Assembly: GCF_004010195.1 (NCBI RefSeq)
Contig: NC_057757.1
Location: forward strand, 1,862,985 to 1,926,984
Direction of reading: 5' to 3'
Length of the DNA: 64,000 bases
From: Chiloscyllium plagiosum
Lineage: Eukaryota
Shown: positions 23,231-36,467 of the stretch, piece after piece
Numbering within the stretch: position 1 is the first letter of the stretch
Layout of the letters: every line of letters begins with the position of its first letter
The notes under the pieces: generated by a model
What the model was told of the DNA's origin: nothing
The model's input: only the letters and a program-made list of their open reading frames with translations
The model's database searches: none
Translations under genes and position numbers: made by a program

Positions 23231-24128
23231 ACACTACTTGGTAAGATGCTCTTCAGAGTGTCAGTGTGGACATGTTGGGCCAAATTGCCCCTTTCCACAC
23301 TATAGAGGTTCTAGGTAGGCTGAAATAGATATCAATGCAGAAAATAGGTTGAGGCAAAGGAGGACGCAAAGAAATTAGTGGATGTAAAGACAACAAGACT
23401 AAGTCACTAAAAGTCACTTTGTGAAGCAACTAAAGGAACAAGAAAGAAGATTTCATTGTAGAGCACAACCATAATCTTAGGCCAAGGTTCTACAAGGACT
23501 TTGAAGACATGGCAGTTTTATAGGACAAGTTGTTCAAATGTGAACAAACATCAGCAGGAATAGGAGATGGGACAAGGCAGACAACCACACCAACATCTTT
23601 ACCATTTCCCTGTGGTGTTAAAAGGAATAAGGCAGCTTGCACATGACATTGCTAATTAGTTTTATTTGACAGAAATGGGTGCTTTGGAAGCAAGACTTCT
23701 ACAATTTGATAGAGATAAAAAAAAATTACAGGGCAACAGGAAAAAAGGCAGATAAAATGGGACTGGGTGAATTGCTCTTGCAGAGACCTTGACAATGGCC
23801 TCATGCTGAATTCGTTTAATGATTTTGGACTCAAAATAGATAAAAGACCCATTACAGGTTTATGAACGAGTTGTGAGAGGTAGAAATGTGTCCATGGAGG
23901 ATCAGGGAGGAGGAGGAGTTGGAACTAATCCTTTTCCAGTCTATCTCACGGTAATTCTGTAGCCAGAAGTTGCCTATTCTAAAGATCTTCTCTCAATTCA
24001 TTATTTCCTCTTATTCTCCAATCCATTGGGAGGTCTACACTCAATGGCACCACGGGCTAGACTAAGCTATATATAAAGCTTTTATTACAGACCAAGTACA
24101 AAATTAGGACAGTTAACAAGGCAATATA

Positions 24129-24331
24129 CAGTCGGTTTGGCTATAACGCAGTAATTCTGTCCTCACACAATCCTGTGTTATAAGAAAATCGTATAATAGC
24201 AGCACCATTTAAACTAATGGGGTCAGAATCCCACTTTAACAGTTTCCACTTCAGAAACAGTGCCCCCAATTCATCAATCGTGGTATAGCTAATTCGCATA
24301 AATGAAATACGTGTGATAGCAGAACGACCTG
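24129..24331. mobile_element. Tigger/pogo-like MITE
   Basis: TA|CAGTCGGTTTGGCTATAACGC ... GTGTGATAGCAGAACGACCTG|TA: imperfect TIRs with TA on both sides; second copy at 41481-41660. Confidence 0.8.
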
Positions 24332-24974
24332 TAACTCATTTTTGTATTCAATATCAGAATTAAAAGTCCGATAATAAAGTGAAATTTGTTTTCAAATTTT
24401 TGACTTTCAATGAATTTGAGAGTTGTAAATAATATGGTAGAGCATTGTATTCTGCCATCAACTAAAAAGGTTGAAACAAGGAAAGTTGAGTCAAATTCAG
24501 CAAGTAGAATGCAGCAACAAGAATGTTCTTTTCACATCAAGACAATAAATTGTCAGACATTGTAGGGCTCTCATTTGTGCAAAGTAGAAGAGAAATCCTG
24601 AAATTAATAAATTGCTGTATAAGTTAGGAAATTTAAATACAATTTGCAAAACTAGAACTTCAAAAACTTTTTAAAATCAATCCCACTCTAGAAAATGTAG
24701 CTTTCTGAAATAGTAATTGTGAATAAAGCCTGAGTTCGGAGTAATTCAGTGGTATTAGATTTTACTTTGAGCCATGATTTTGAAACCTGACCTTGCAGCA
24801 GTTAGTGGGCTTTGTTCGTACTGTTTGTTTTATAACTCATTAACCCAAAGAAGCCTATCTAAGTTGACCAAGCCTCAAAATCAGTGTTGGAACTATAATT
24901 TCTCTAATGTTGTCCTTTTTTGAGCCTTTTCTAGCATTGTGTCTCAGTGTAGATGTTCCACAGGCAGCTGAAAA

Positions 24975-26447
24975 GACCATAAGACATAGAAGTAGTTTAT
25001 TCAGCTCTGAGTCTGCCTCACAATTCAATCAAATCATGGATGATCTGATAATCCTCAACTCCACTTTCCTGTCTTTTCCCTTACTGCCTGAAAATCGAAG
25101 ACAGCCTTAAATATTTTTAATGACCCAGTTTTGACAGCAATTCATAGATACATTAACCTGAGAGAAGAAATTCATCATCAGTCTTAAATGGCAACCCCTT
25201 CCTCTGCAATTATGCCATCTGATCCCAGACTCTCCCACAACGAAAAACAACTTTTCCTCATCAACCTGTCAAGTCCACTAAGAATTTTATATGTTCCAAA
25301 AGGGTATCCTTTCATTCTTCAAAAACCCAAAGAGTTCAGGCCCAAATTACACAATCTCTCCTCATAAGAAAATTGCTCATGCCCAGGATCAACCTAGTGA
25401 ACCTTCTGACAACTGCCCTCAATGCCAGTGTGTCTTTCCTCAGATAAAAGGCCCCAAACCATTCAAAACATTCAGATGGAATGGACTACAATTTACTTAA
25501 TTTTAGCAAGACTTCCTTTTTATACTCAATTTCCCTTGAAATAAAAGCCAACATTGCATTTGCCTTCTCAATTAACTAAATTGGTATGCTAGCTTTTGTG
25601 ATTTATGTACAACTACTCCTGAATCCCTCTGTGCTATAGCTTTGAGTGTTCCTCCATTTAGAGGAGGTTCACCTGTATTCTTCATGCTAACCTCAATTCC
25701 CCATATTAAATTCAATCTATCAAAGATTTTTCTTACCCCCATCACTCAATCGGTCTACAACTTTCTACTCTGTCATTTCACCACTTGCCTTCTCACCTAT
25801 TTTGTGTTGTCAGTAAACTTGGTTACAATACATTCACTTCCCTCAACTAAGTCAATAATATATGCAAAGTAAAAAATGTGGCACAGGTACTGATCCCCAT
25901 TGCACTCCACTAGTTTCAGGATGTCATCCTGAAAATGCTCCTTAATACAACTCTGTCTTACATTAGTCAGCCAATCCTCTATCCATGCTAATATACTACC
26001 TCCAGTACCATGGCCTCTTATCAAATGCCTTCTGGAAATTCAAATATGTTACATCTATTGGTTTCCCTTTATCCAACCTGCTTGTTACCATCTCAAAAGA
26101 ATTCTAATAAATGTGTCAGGTACGAGTTCCCCTTGACGTCATGCTGATTCTGCTTGATCATATTATATATTTATAAATGCTGTTATTGCATCCTTTATAA
26201 CAGATTCTTAACATTTTCCCAATGACAGGTGTTAAACAAACTGACCTATAGTTACCTGTTTTTGTCTCATTCCCTTTTTAGATAAAGATGTTAAATTGGC
26301 AGTTTTCCAGTCCTCTGGGACTTTCCCAGAATCCAAGAATTCTTGGAAAATTACCACCAGTGTATCCACTATCTGTGTAGCTACTACTATTAATATCCTA
26401 GTATGCATTCCATCAGGTCCAGGGGATTTAGCAATCCTTAGACCCAA
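24975..26447 (-). mobile_element. CR1 LINE ORF2 fragment (RT) and 3' UTR
   Basis: KSPGPDGMHTRIL..FQEFLDSGKVPEDWKTAN, ILAWIEDWLT and IVTKFTDNTK are CR1 RT motifs, with frameshifts. Confidence 0.9.
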
Positions 26448-26515
26448 TCAACTTCAAATGGAGATCATCTTAGATTTTGCATCCTGAAACGGAGGAAAGA
26501 GAACACACAATGGTC

Positions 26516-27120
26516 AAAGTTTGTGAGAAGATTCGTAGCTCGGGTGCTCGTTGTTGTGGTTCTGTTCGCCAAGCTGGGAATTTGTGTTGCAGACATTTCG
26601 TCCCCTGTCTAGGTGACATCCTCAGTGTTTAGGAGCCTCCTGTGAAGCGCTTCTGTAATCTTTCCTCCGGCATTTGTAGTGGTTTGAATCTGCCGCTTCC
26701 GGTTGTCAGTTCCAGCTATCTGTTTCAGTGGCCGGTATACTGGGTCCAGATCGATGTGCTTATTGATTGAATCTGTGGATGAGTGCCATGCCTCTAGGAA
26801 TTCCCTGGCTGTCGAATTCGACTGGGACAACACTACTATTAGAGGACAAGCCAAACAGAGAACAGCCAGGGAATTCCTACAGGCATGGCACTCATCCACA
26901 GATTCAATCAATAAGCACAAGGATCTGGACCCAGTAAACCGGCCACTGCAACGGACAACTGGAACTGACAACCAGAAGCGGCAGATTCAAACCACTACAA
27001 ATGCCGGAGGAAAGATCACAGAAGCGCTTCACAGGAGGCTCCTAAGCACTGAGGATGTCACCTAGACAGGGGACGAAACGTCTGCAACACAAATTCCCAG
27101 CTCGGCGAACAGAACCACAA
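26516..27120. mobile_element. Palindromic (head-to-head) Penelope-like element
   Basis: ~26550-26810 is the near-perfect reverse complement of ~26860-27120, and both strands translate to the same GIY-YIG tail. TSD AACACACA(A/G)TGGTC at 26502-26515 and 27119-27132. Same family as 5427-6134. Confidence 0.92.
27046..27085 (+). ncRNA. Minimal hammerhead ribozyme motif (intact, GUC cleavage triplet)
   Basis: gca-CTGAGGA-tgtcacctagacaggggac-GAAA-cgtc-tgc; mirror copy on the minus strand at ~26589-26628. Confidence 0.8.
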
Positions 27121-27849
27121 CACACAGTGGTCTGCAAGTCTCAAGCATCTGATTTGGTAAAGCAGCTAAAGAACAATCAAAATACATTGTTCTTACAGCC
27201 CTAAGCAATGGCAAGGCATAGCCATTAGAGAACAGCCAGAGATTTGACTTTTATTCAGTAGCGATTTATACCAAGGAACTGCACTTGGTTCTTTGTACAA
27301 CTCCTTCTAGAAACGGCTGTGCAGTTTCCAAATTTTAAGAAGCTTAATGGAATTACTAAATCATTACTGGCTTTGACCACATCAGAAATGGTTGAAACTA
27401 ACCATATTTCCTCAACTTTGCACTTTGTCTGAAAATTTGGCCAAAAGCAAATGGCACATCAAGATGAAGGAACTGGTTTTGAATGTGGATAACACAAATT
27501 GTTACGACAGAACTTAGTATAAAAACGTAATGACAAAAATGGCTGTAGCTGCACAGGAACAAAGATCAAAGCTCATAACATGATGGAGATCTGTGTTCAC
27601 GTGTTAAAAGTATTTAGATAAAAATCTCAAAAATAAATGACAATTTAAGAAAACAAGTGACTGCAAATATATACTATATATAATATAATCAATTGTGCTA
27701 CAAGAAAAGTGATCTAGCAAACATTCTGTAACTCAAATCGCTCTGAAATCTCATTCCAAATACACAGGAACAATGAAAAACATTGGGGACTGCAACTGCC
27801 ATTTCAGAGAATTAAATCAGGTTTACAGTCTTGTGATCATATTAAATAT

Positions 27850-28425
27850 GTTAGTCCGAATTACAAAAGGGATTGGAGTAAAAGAGCAAAGATGTCTTTC
27901 TGCAATTGTGCAGGGCCTTGAGGAGACCACATTTGGAATGCAGTGTAAGAATACACTTAGAGGTAGTGCAACAAAAGATTACCAAATTGATTCCTGAGAT
28001 GACATCATCCTCTGGGAAGAGATCGAATACAAATTGGCTCACATTCCTTATACTTTAGAAGAATCAGATGTGATCTTATTAAAATATTTAAATTTTGGGC
28101 TTGACAGTATAGATAGTAGAGGGCTGTTTTAACTGGCTGAAGCACAAAACATTAAGGGTCACAATTTCAGATCAAGGTGTTTAAGTACTTAGGATTGAGG
28201 CAGGAAGAAATTTCTTTACCCAGAAAGTTAAGAATGTTTCAAATTCTGTACTCAGTACATTCAAAGCATTAAGTGTGTTTTGGGTACAAAGGAAATCGAA
28301 GGGTATGGGGGTAAATCAGGAAGAACATTGAGGATAATGATCAGCCTTTATCTTATCAAGCATCAAAGCAGGGTAGAAGAAGTTTATGGCCCAATCTTGC
28401 TCCTATTTCTTACACTCTTATGTTT
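27850..28425 (+). mobile_element. Old CR1 LINE 3' fragment
   Basis: GGGCCTTG.GAGACCACATTTGGA.., AAGAAATTTCTTTACCCAGA, and a GCTCCTATTTCTTA tail. Confidence 0.65.
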
Positions 28426-30341
28426 AAACAATTTAATATTCTGCAAATGAAATCAAAGTCAAGAAGGAGAGCAATCAAAAATCTAACCTGAGTGGATTTT
28501 TTGAAAATTAAAATTACAATGGAAGCAAATTTAAAACAGTTGTAAACAACTTATTCTTCAAATTCTTGACAGAAATTTGCCCAGAGACTCAAACTGCATT
28601 TAAAAAAGTCATGGATGGACCTGACAGTAAAAGGAGAGATTTCCAATAAATCAGTTAATTTCAAATGACAATTCTGAGGTATAATAACATGGAAGCTTTC
28701 ATTGAGGATTCTGCAGTCCTAATGGGCTGGTTTAAACACAATTTTAGAAAAACATTTACTTACTCAAACACGTTTTCAGTCTGAAGTGCAATGAATTGCT
28801 ATTTTATGAATAGCGGTTTACCACAAAATTATATTTGCAAGATCAGGAATTTATTTCATGAGTTAAGTGAGGACTTCCAACTACAAACCCTCTTACATAA
28901 TTATAAGGGAGTACTTCAAAATATAAACTGCTCTGTATAATTATTATTTTTAATTTACTGTGATTTGGTAGAATATAGTTTCCAAGAATATGCAAGGCAT
29001 TGAAGAAAATTGGTCAAATGGCTGCATTAACTCGGGAGCAAAATAAAAATGGAGTTTTCTATCCCATTCCAAATTCAACATTCCTGTAAAGCAATTTTTT
29101 TTAAATTGACTCAATAAAAGATTACATAACAGGTTGGTGGAAGTTTGGGTTAAGAAACAGAGGAAGGGTGTCAATATCTGGTGGTACAGACATCAAGAGT
29201 GTGGAGCAAGCTTAATGAACTGGTTGCTTTTTCTTACTGCCAGATGATCATAACTGGGGAAAAGTCCATTGTAAATGTTTGTATTGAGGCCTGCTTTTGG
29301 TACACAGGTAGTGTCCCTAACCCTGGAATGGGAGGCCGGCTCCAGGAGTTGTGTATGAACATTTCTGAAATGGCTGATTAGAAAATAAAAGCTTGAAAAA
29401 GCAGTAAAACTGGATTTCATTTGTAACGTTCTGAAGAAATTGAGAGGTAATTTAATCAATGATTAAAAGGGTGGGTTTGTCTTAATTAAGACTTTTCTTA
29501 TTCATAAATCATTTCAATTTACATCATGCCACAGATCACACAACAAACCAACCATACAAAAGTGGATGCCTGTTGATTCTAGATGTTTTGGAATGTGCCA
29601 TATTTCTGATAAAGGAATTTTCACTTGGCACTTGAAGCAATGTATTAGGGTACCAACTCAGTGAGCAGGCTATTCTGGATTGTTTACTCCTACTCCTGGT
29701 CCCTACATTCTTATTAACTTACATTCAACTTTGAAGATAACAAATGCAGGTACTCCAACATCATTGAGTGCCAATTAGTATTGCCACTATCAATGACCCA
29801 CACAGTAAGTTTTCAATCTCAATCATATATTTTTAGGTGATATAAAACAAGATTAGACGAGAGGCTAGGAGACCTAGGGATAGGATAGGACAAAATCAGC
29901 AAAAGCATGAAGTAAACCAATCCATTATTATGTACCACCTAAATGAGAAACTTAAAAGTCCAGGAAGCCTGATTTGCTCACTCCCTTGGTGAAATAATAA
30001 GACACTTTGCTGAGATATATTCGTGAATGTGAAGCACAAAAATTCAAAATACACTTGATATTTACTGAGTTGAGTTAACTGAAATTTAACGATTAAATGC
30101 TATCCTTTCCAAATATTTAATAGAAATACATGACTTTGAAATCTCCAGGTGTAATAAAACTCCATGTTTTGGCAAAAGAACCATCTCCAAAAAAGTTTGA
30201 TGCATATGGATTTGTGCATTCACTGCGGATATCAAGGCCACCTCATCAAAAATCTCTATTCCTAACACCAATCGCCTGACAGAAACCTCCAAATCACTCA
30301 TGTATTCAATCAGTCGGGGAACAAATTTCATGTACTGACAG

Positions 30342-30628
30342 GTGGCACGGTGGCTCAGTGGTTAGCACTGCTGCCTCACGGCACCAGGGTCCCAGATTCA
30401 ATTCCAGCCTCGGGCGACTCTGTCTGTGTGGAGTTTGCACATGTCTGCATGGGTTTCCTCCCACAGTCCAAAGATGTGCAGGCCAGGTGAATTGGCTATG
30501 TTAAATTGCCCGGTGTTAGGTACATTAGTCAGAGGGAAATGGGTCTGGGTGGCTAGCTCTTCGGAGGATCGGTGTGGACTTGTTGGGTCAAAGGGCCTGT
30601 TTCCACACTGTAGGGAATCTAATCTAAT
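30342..30628 (+). mobile_element. HE1 SINE, full length
   Basis: GGTGGCACGGTGGCTCAGTGGTTAGCACTGCTGCCTCAC head, core and AATCT tail. Confidence 0.92.
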
Positions 30629-30789
30629 ATTGTGGAGAAAACATATAGAATGATTACTTCAGGTACACAAATAAGGCTCAAGGTCATACTGTAATCAAAC
30701 TATAAATGACAAAGCTTCACAAACCTGTGTGTTATGAATGGAAGCATTAGGTAGGAAGCATCTTTTATTACAAATGAATTAAGGCCAAT

Positions 30790-31146
30790 ATGCCAGTGAA
30801 CTACTGAGGGAATAGTTAGAAGTACCATCTTTCAGATGAGACATTAAATGACGATCCCATCTGCTCTCTGATGATAATGTAAAATACTGCACCACAGCAC
30901 CATGAAGAAAGGTGGAGAAGTTCTCCCCAGTAACCTGAACAATAGTTGTCACTTGGCCAACACCATCACAACAAATAACCTGATCATCACATCGTTTTTC
31001 ATGGGAGCGTGTTTGTGCACTAAATAGCTGCTGTGAACCCTCTAGTACATCAATGACCACACTTCATAAGTATGTCATTTACAGTAAAGTGCTCTGGAAT
31101 ATCCAACTGCCATGCAAAGCGATAGAAATGCAAGTCTTTCTTCTTC
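30790..31146 (+). mobile_element. DeuSINE (SacSINE1-like) relic
   Basis: TCTTTCAGATGAGACATTAAA, GTTCTCCCC, TGTGCACTAAATAGCTGCTG, GTAAAGTGCTCTGG and ATAGAAATGCAAGTCTTTC landmarks in the expected order. Confidence 0.7.
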
Positions 31147-32177
31147 TGCCCTTCTCCATGAAAATTTAAAACAGCCTGTAATATTCTTGCTTCTATCAAA
31201 TACAGATCCATACATTTATGCTTACCAGTACCTGCAAATTACATCTTCCAGTTACCCAAGTCTTCAAGGCCCCATCAGACACAATGATAGGCAAAAAAAG
31301 TTTCACAAGAATGAGTTCTTCACAAAGCAAGGCTAATCAATGGAATTGGTTTTCTTTTTAAGTGCCCTTAATTAGACTTTAAAATTTTCATGGACATTAT
31401 CTTTACAATAACCCTATGGAGCTTGCCAGTAAAACTCCCAAGCAATCAGTAAACCATGTTGCATGTTCATAAAGATAAAGTATTCACAAATCCTGTTTTA
31501 AATTGATCATACATATTTCCGAATCATAGATTTTTCAGAGAAAGTATAAGTAATAGAAAAAGGCCTTTTTCTTTACAGCAATAAGCTAAATGGAGTTAAT
31601 ATTTCTTCACAAATATGATTTACATAACAAATGCATTGTATAACTTTTAAAACACTAAATTGGTTTTGTTGGCAAATACTGCCCACTTGAAATAACTACA
31701 TTAAGTATGAGTGTCAGTAAAATTTCACTATGGAAAGCACAGAAGAAACAACTTACATTCTCATTATTGCTACTGCAAAAATGTCCTGTAAAGTGAATAA
31801 ATGTTTATTCCTACAGCTTTTGAGCATTTTAGGATGATCTTACCAGAATATTCCCCAATTGTATGGAAGATTCACTAAGTTCCCCACCTTAACTCACAGC
31901 AACCATCCCCAAATCACAGTTTCCAGATCTAACCACAGGATGTTAATAGGCTGGGTTTCATTGTTTTTGTTTCCTCTGCCTTCATGGTGTTTCAGGGGGT
32001 TTCTTTCCAAGAATCATAATACTAGAAAATAGTTAAGAATAATCTTCAAAGTTGTAATTTTCTAAAATAATTAAACAGCACTGATCACTACATGTGGAGA
32101 CATGTTTATTCAAAATAAACAGAAATCCTCAACGGGACCGACTCCCCATCTTGCAATGCGCCTGGCTGCCCCCTTAC

Positions 32178-32240
32178 AGCTGAAACCATGAGTAGGTGGC
32201 GAAGGGAGTCCCCCCTGGCTGTCTTGCTCATGTTGAAGGA
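32178..32240 (-). CDS. Candidate exon of minus-strand gene (63 nt, or terminal exon running to stop at 32106)
   Basis: Very strong acceptor cacttccttcttttccag|, donor |gtaagg; GC-rich relative to flanks. Phase 0 gives SFNMSKTARGDSLRHLLMVSA, and read-through ends ..LRISVYFE* overlapping AATAAA. Confidence 0.5.
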
Positions 32241-33319
32241 CTGGAAAAGAAGGAAGTGATACATATACATATATTCACATCCATACATTCTCACCAACAT
32301 TCCCTGTAGACTGTGCAGCTGCTGGCAAACCTATACACAGTTGGTCATCTCTGTTATATGAATTATGGTTCCAATGAAACATACCACGCAAGAAGGAAAA
32401 ACTTAGAGGGAACATTGAGGTACACAATGCTGCTGCAATATTTAAATAGAGGCAAGTGATGAACAATGCAAGGCAAGCAATGGAAACAAGTGAATTGTTG
32501 GCTTCAGAACTTCAGCAAAACCAAATCAGCGAGGGGGTTTTGACCAAAATAGATTAGTGGCTAATGATAAAATCTTAGTGGTAGGTTCTATATGCAGAAT
32601 GAGTTTACTTATAAATTCAAAACAAAAACAATTGTTCAAAACAGTTGAGATCTGAGTAATGTGGTGATAACTAGCATTGAGATAAGTAATTTTTATTGGT
32701 TTTGATAATACAGAAACAAATTCTGGGTGCATTTCAATGTTCAATTTTACGAAATTTTGCCTGAAAAAAGCTACAAATTGATTTGTTCAGTGAAGAATAA
32801 TTGCACCAATTCTCCAGCAGCACAAAAAGGTACAAGATATTGATTTTCGCCAGAATACAATCGAGCATATACTTTTAGAATGTAGAACGAGATTTTTTTG
32901 TTTTAAGTTTGTCAAATGTTACAAGCTGAACAAAACTACGAGTGCTCACAGGGAGTAAACAGGCTTTGGTTGGTTAAGATTTGTGAACCACAGAATTCAA
33001 AAACAAATGAACATCGATATAATTGCTCAGTTAAGCCATAAATATTACACCAGGTTTAGAAACCAAAGCAGTGAGTACAAATAACGTATTTATCTCTTTA
33101 AAAGGAATACTTTTGACCTATTTTAATGGAACATTAACATAAGGGAACAGGATAAGATGCCATGACAAGGGAGAAAAATATTGTACTCTAAAGATGATCC
33201 AGTTTTGACAATGATTACAAAACAGCATCAACTGTCAATTGCAAATATGGGTGAAGGTGTTGACAAATAATTCACTTATTTAATAAATTGCAGACAAGAG
33301 AAAGATAGAATGGACCCAC

Positions 33320-33351
33320 CTGCAAGTCAAACAGTAAGGTCCTGCAAAGCA
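33320..33351 (-). CDS. Candidate 32-nt exon of minus-strand gene
   Basis: Strong acceptor gtttttctctttctcctag|, donor CAG|gtgggt; phase 1-0 LCRTLLFDLQ joins the 32240 exon. Confidence 0.4.
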
Positions 33352-36300
33352 CTAGGAGAAAGAGAAAAACAGCTGTTACTTTTCAGTCATTGTGTTACCT
33401 AAAATCAATTTGAAATATCAATTAAAATCAAGAATTAAGGTTAAAACGAACTTTAAGCACCACACAAATTGAAAATCAAATTCGGCCACAATTATACTTT
33501 TCCACCTATCAAAACAAAATAGACTAAGAGCAACAAAGAAATTTAGTGTAATTATTTATCAACATTTATCAATCAGACAATTTTTCGACTTGAAATAAAT
33601 TGAACCAATGTGAAATATACCCCAATAGTGAAACAGAAAGAAATCGGACGAGGGTCACTTTCAGGATTAAAATCAATTCTTTAAAAAAAACTTACAAATT
33701 AAAAAATAACGGCTAAGTAAAGCAATGTCCTAATCTCGTGCATTAACAGGGTAGAGCTAGAGGTCTGCTGAACCTGGCAGATCTGCTGGTTTAGACAAAA
33801 TGGCGGTTCAGCAAATGTCTGCCTTATCATAAGTCACTTTATGCATCCAATAGTCCAGCCAAAAATATAACCTCGAAACACCTCTAAAAGAACTTTAAGT
33901 GACTACTTGCTAGGCGACTGCATTATTTAGCTGTTTTAAAATTACTAGTTAAGAATAAATACAGAAAAAAGCTTCAAAACTAGTTTCCATTGGTAAAAAT
34001 CGAAAATAATAAGTTAGGGGAAAAGCAAAAAAATTATTCTCTTGAAAACGATCAATATGTATTAATGCAGGTACTATAAATGAAATTATTTGTTAAAAAA
34101 CAACCCTACACCACAAGTCTACTGGTTAGAATGTAGTATTTAAGGGATTGCCACGCCCTGACAAAATTCTGCAATTTTTAGCTCATTTCCAACCTTAAAC
34201 AACTATTCAAAAAAAGCTATATCTATTTATTGGTTTCAAACTTTTCTTTTCCATGCATATATCAAAAATCTATTCCTATTCGATTTTTGCTTTACACCAG
34301 GCAACTCTCAATTTTGCTCCTTAAAAAAGGCTCTACATTCTAGGTATATTAATGTTATGCTTCTAACAGAATTTAGAAATGCATCAAAAACGTATATTAA
34401 TTTTAATTTAATTCAACGAAAATTTAACATGTTTTTTTCAAAAACAGGTTTTTTTTCAGAAGTCTTCTCAAATAAGATACTGCAATAAAAAGTAAATTTT
34501 CTTCCTTCTAATACTTTTTTTTAATTAATCTGTTAAAATAAACCCCCTATGAATTATTCTGATTATTTTCGGAAAAAAAAATCTTGAAACGTCAGCAGCA
34601 ATGGAGCTAGTGAGTTGCATCAGGCTGCACAGTAAGGGTGCAAAAATAGTGAGGATCCGAAAAAGCTTGAAATATCATCAATTATTGAAAAAATACGCTT
34701 CTTTTCGTACAGATAATCTACTTTATAGATCAAAAATCATAAACATGGCAAAAAGAAATTATTTTTGAACCCGAAAATAGCCTTTCTCCCCCTTCTTAAA
34801 CCCTGATGCGGATGGCCCTGAGCATGCACTGTGACCACTACCAAAAGACTCTGATATAAAAAACAACTCACTCTGCCTGTAACCTCGTCGAACTCCAACA
34901 TTTCAAAGCCAAAAATCATTGAAAAGCATTTTCCCCACCTCGGAAAAGTCTACCTGGCAAATTCGAACCCTTTTTTGTTCCTGATTCGCCCCCCAGAAAC
35001 CTTCCTACCTAAAATCCTTAGCTCAACCTCTGAGCAATTGTAAAGGGTGAAAAAAAAGACTGCTCAGTTCCCCCTGCGCAACTTTCTACACTCAAATTGC
35101 ACATTTTCTAGGGCAAGGAAAAATCTGAAAAAAATTCAGTGTAAGCCTCTATGCCTAAGGAAAACATGTGCAAAGTCTCAAGTCTGGGAGATTTGTTGTT
35201 GAAGAATAAAAAATTTGTATTTGCATGTATTAAAATTGCGCCAAAGCTAACGTCTCTGACTGCCTTGTAACCTTGCCAAGTGGCTGCTATCCTGGTTAGT
35301 ACAGTAAACTGCCGACCTAGATTTTCTTCCTCTGTAGCTCCTTGGCACAGGGTCAATTTTTAAACATCTGCTTTCTTTTTTCTCACCATATTTAGAAAAT
35401 ATAGCAATCAAATGCTTACTTCAATGATTTTGTTTTAATTTTTCTGATTTCTCACCACCCCCCCCCCCCCCAAAATGGTGTTAAAATAAGCAGTGGCACC
35501 ATGCTGCTTGGTGAATCTGCTGCTGCCAATGCAAAACTACATTTTTTTGAATCAAGGGGAGACAGAGGAGGCTGAATGCACATCCTCCCCTCTTTCACCC
35601 AAAGATTGAAAAACAAAGCAACACAACACAAAACTACTAGAAGGTGTCGAACATCAAGGAATATATAAAAGGTCAAAGAGAAACACTGATCTTCCTTTAC
35701 AATCATAAAATCATGCATTACGGTGAAATGTAATGGAACTTGTTCATTTTAAAACTCTCCTATACAAAAACTCTGCATTGACTTCCACATACCCATTCAA
35801 CTTTCTCAGAAATATAGTTGAGAACATAGTCAGGCAACTTCACATTCAACCAAACACAAACAGTCCAAGGTCTTAAACTGTGTAATTGTGAACCATTCTA
35901 TGATTCTCTGGTAACCGTTAGATAGCAATGGTCACCACCAGCCTACTTCTCAGCAAACGAAGCTAACACATGAAACATATGCTGCCATCATTTTCTAAAG
36001 CAAAAGACTGCTACATTTCCAAGGCTAAGTCCATTGTTATCAGTTTTGGATAGATGTGCTGCAGTAATTCTTGGCAAGATGCAATCTCATCTCAAAAGTT
36101 AACTTTCTTTTATATGATCAAAGCTCACCTAGCTTCGAAAGCCTTCTTAAAAAACAGATTTATATTTTCTTAACTCTATTTTGAAATAATCATTCTACAA
36201 ATACAGTCACTGACTCAACTGAAAGAGGAGAGCAAGTGACCTATTCTGAAACTTCAGTATCAGTCGATAATCATCAAGGCTTATATATGGCAATTGGATC

Positions 36301-36419
36301 TCCAATTTCTCCACTCTACTTTCCTCAATATCCCCTCGCCTCCTTCCAATGCATCATGACTAAAATTAGAAGATTGCCCTTTTGTCCAGATTTCTGCTCA
36401 ATCAATCTAAGATACTTAC

Positions 36420-36467
36420 TGTACAATGGAGTACACTGCAAACTTGTCGATTGAAGTTTCTCTATGT
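36420..36467 (-). CDS. Weak candidate exon of minus-strand gene
   Basis: Consensus donor |gtaagt, poor acceptor; phase 1-1 DIEKLQSTSLQCTPLY. Confidence 0.25.

Noticed and set aside
30342-30420. tRNA-like A/B box sequences
   Set aside because: These are SINE heads followed by HE1 bodies, not tRNA genes.
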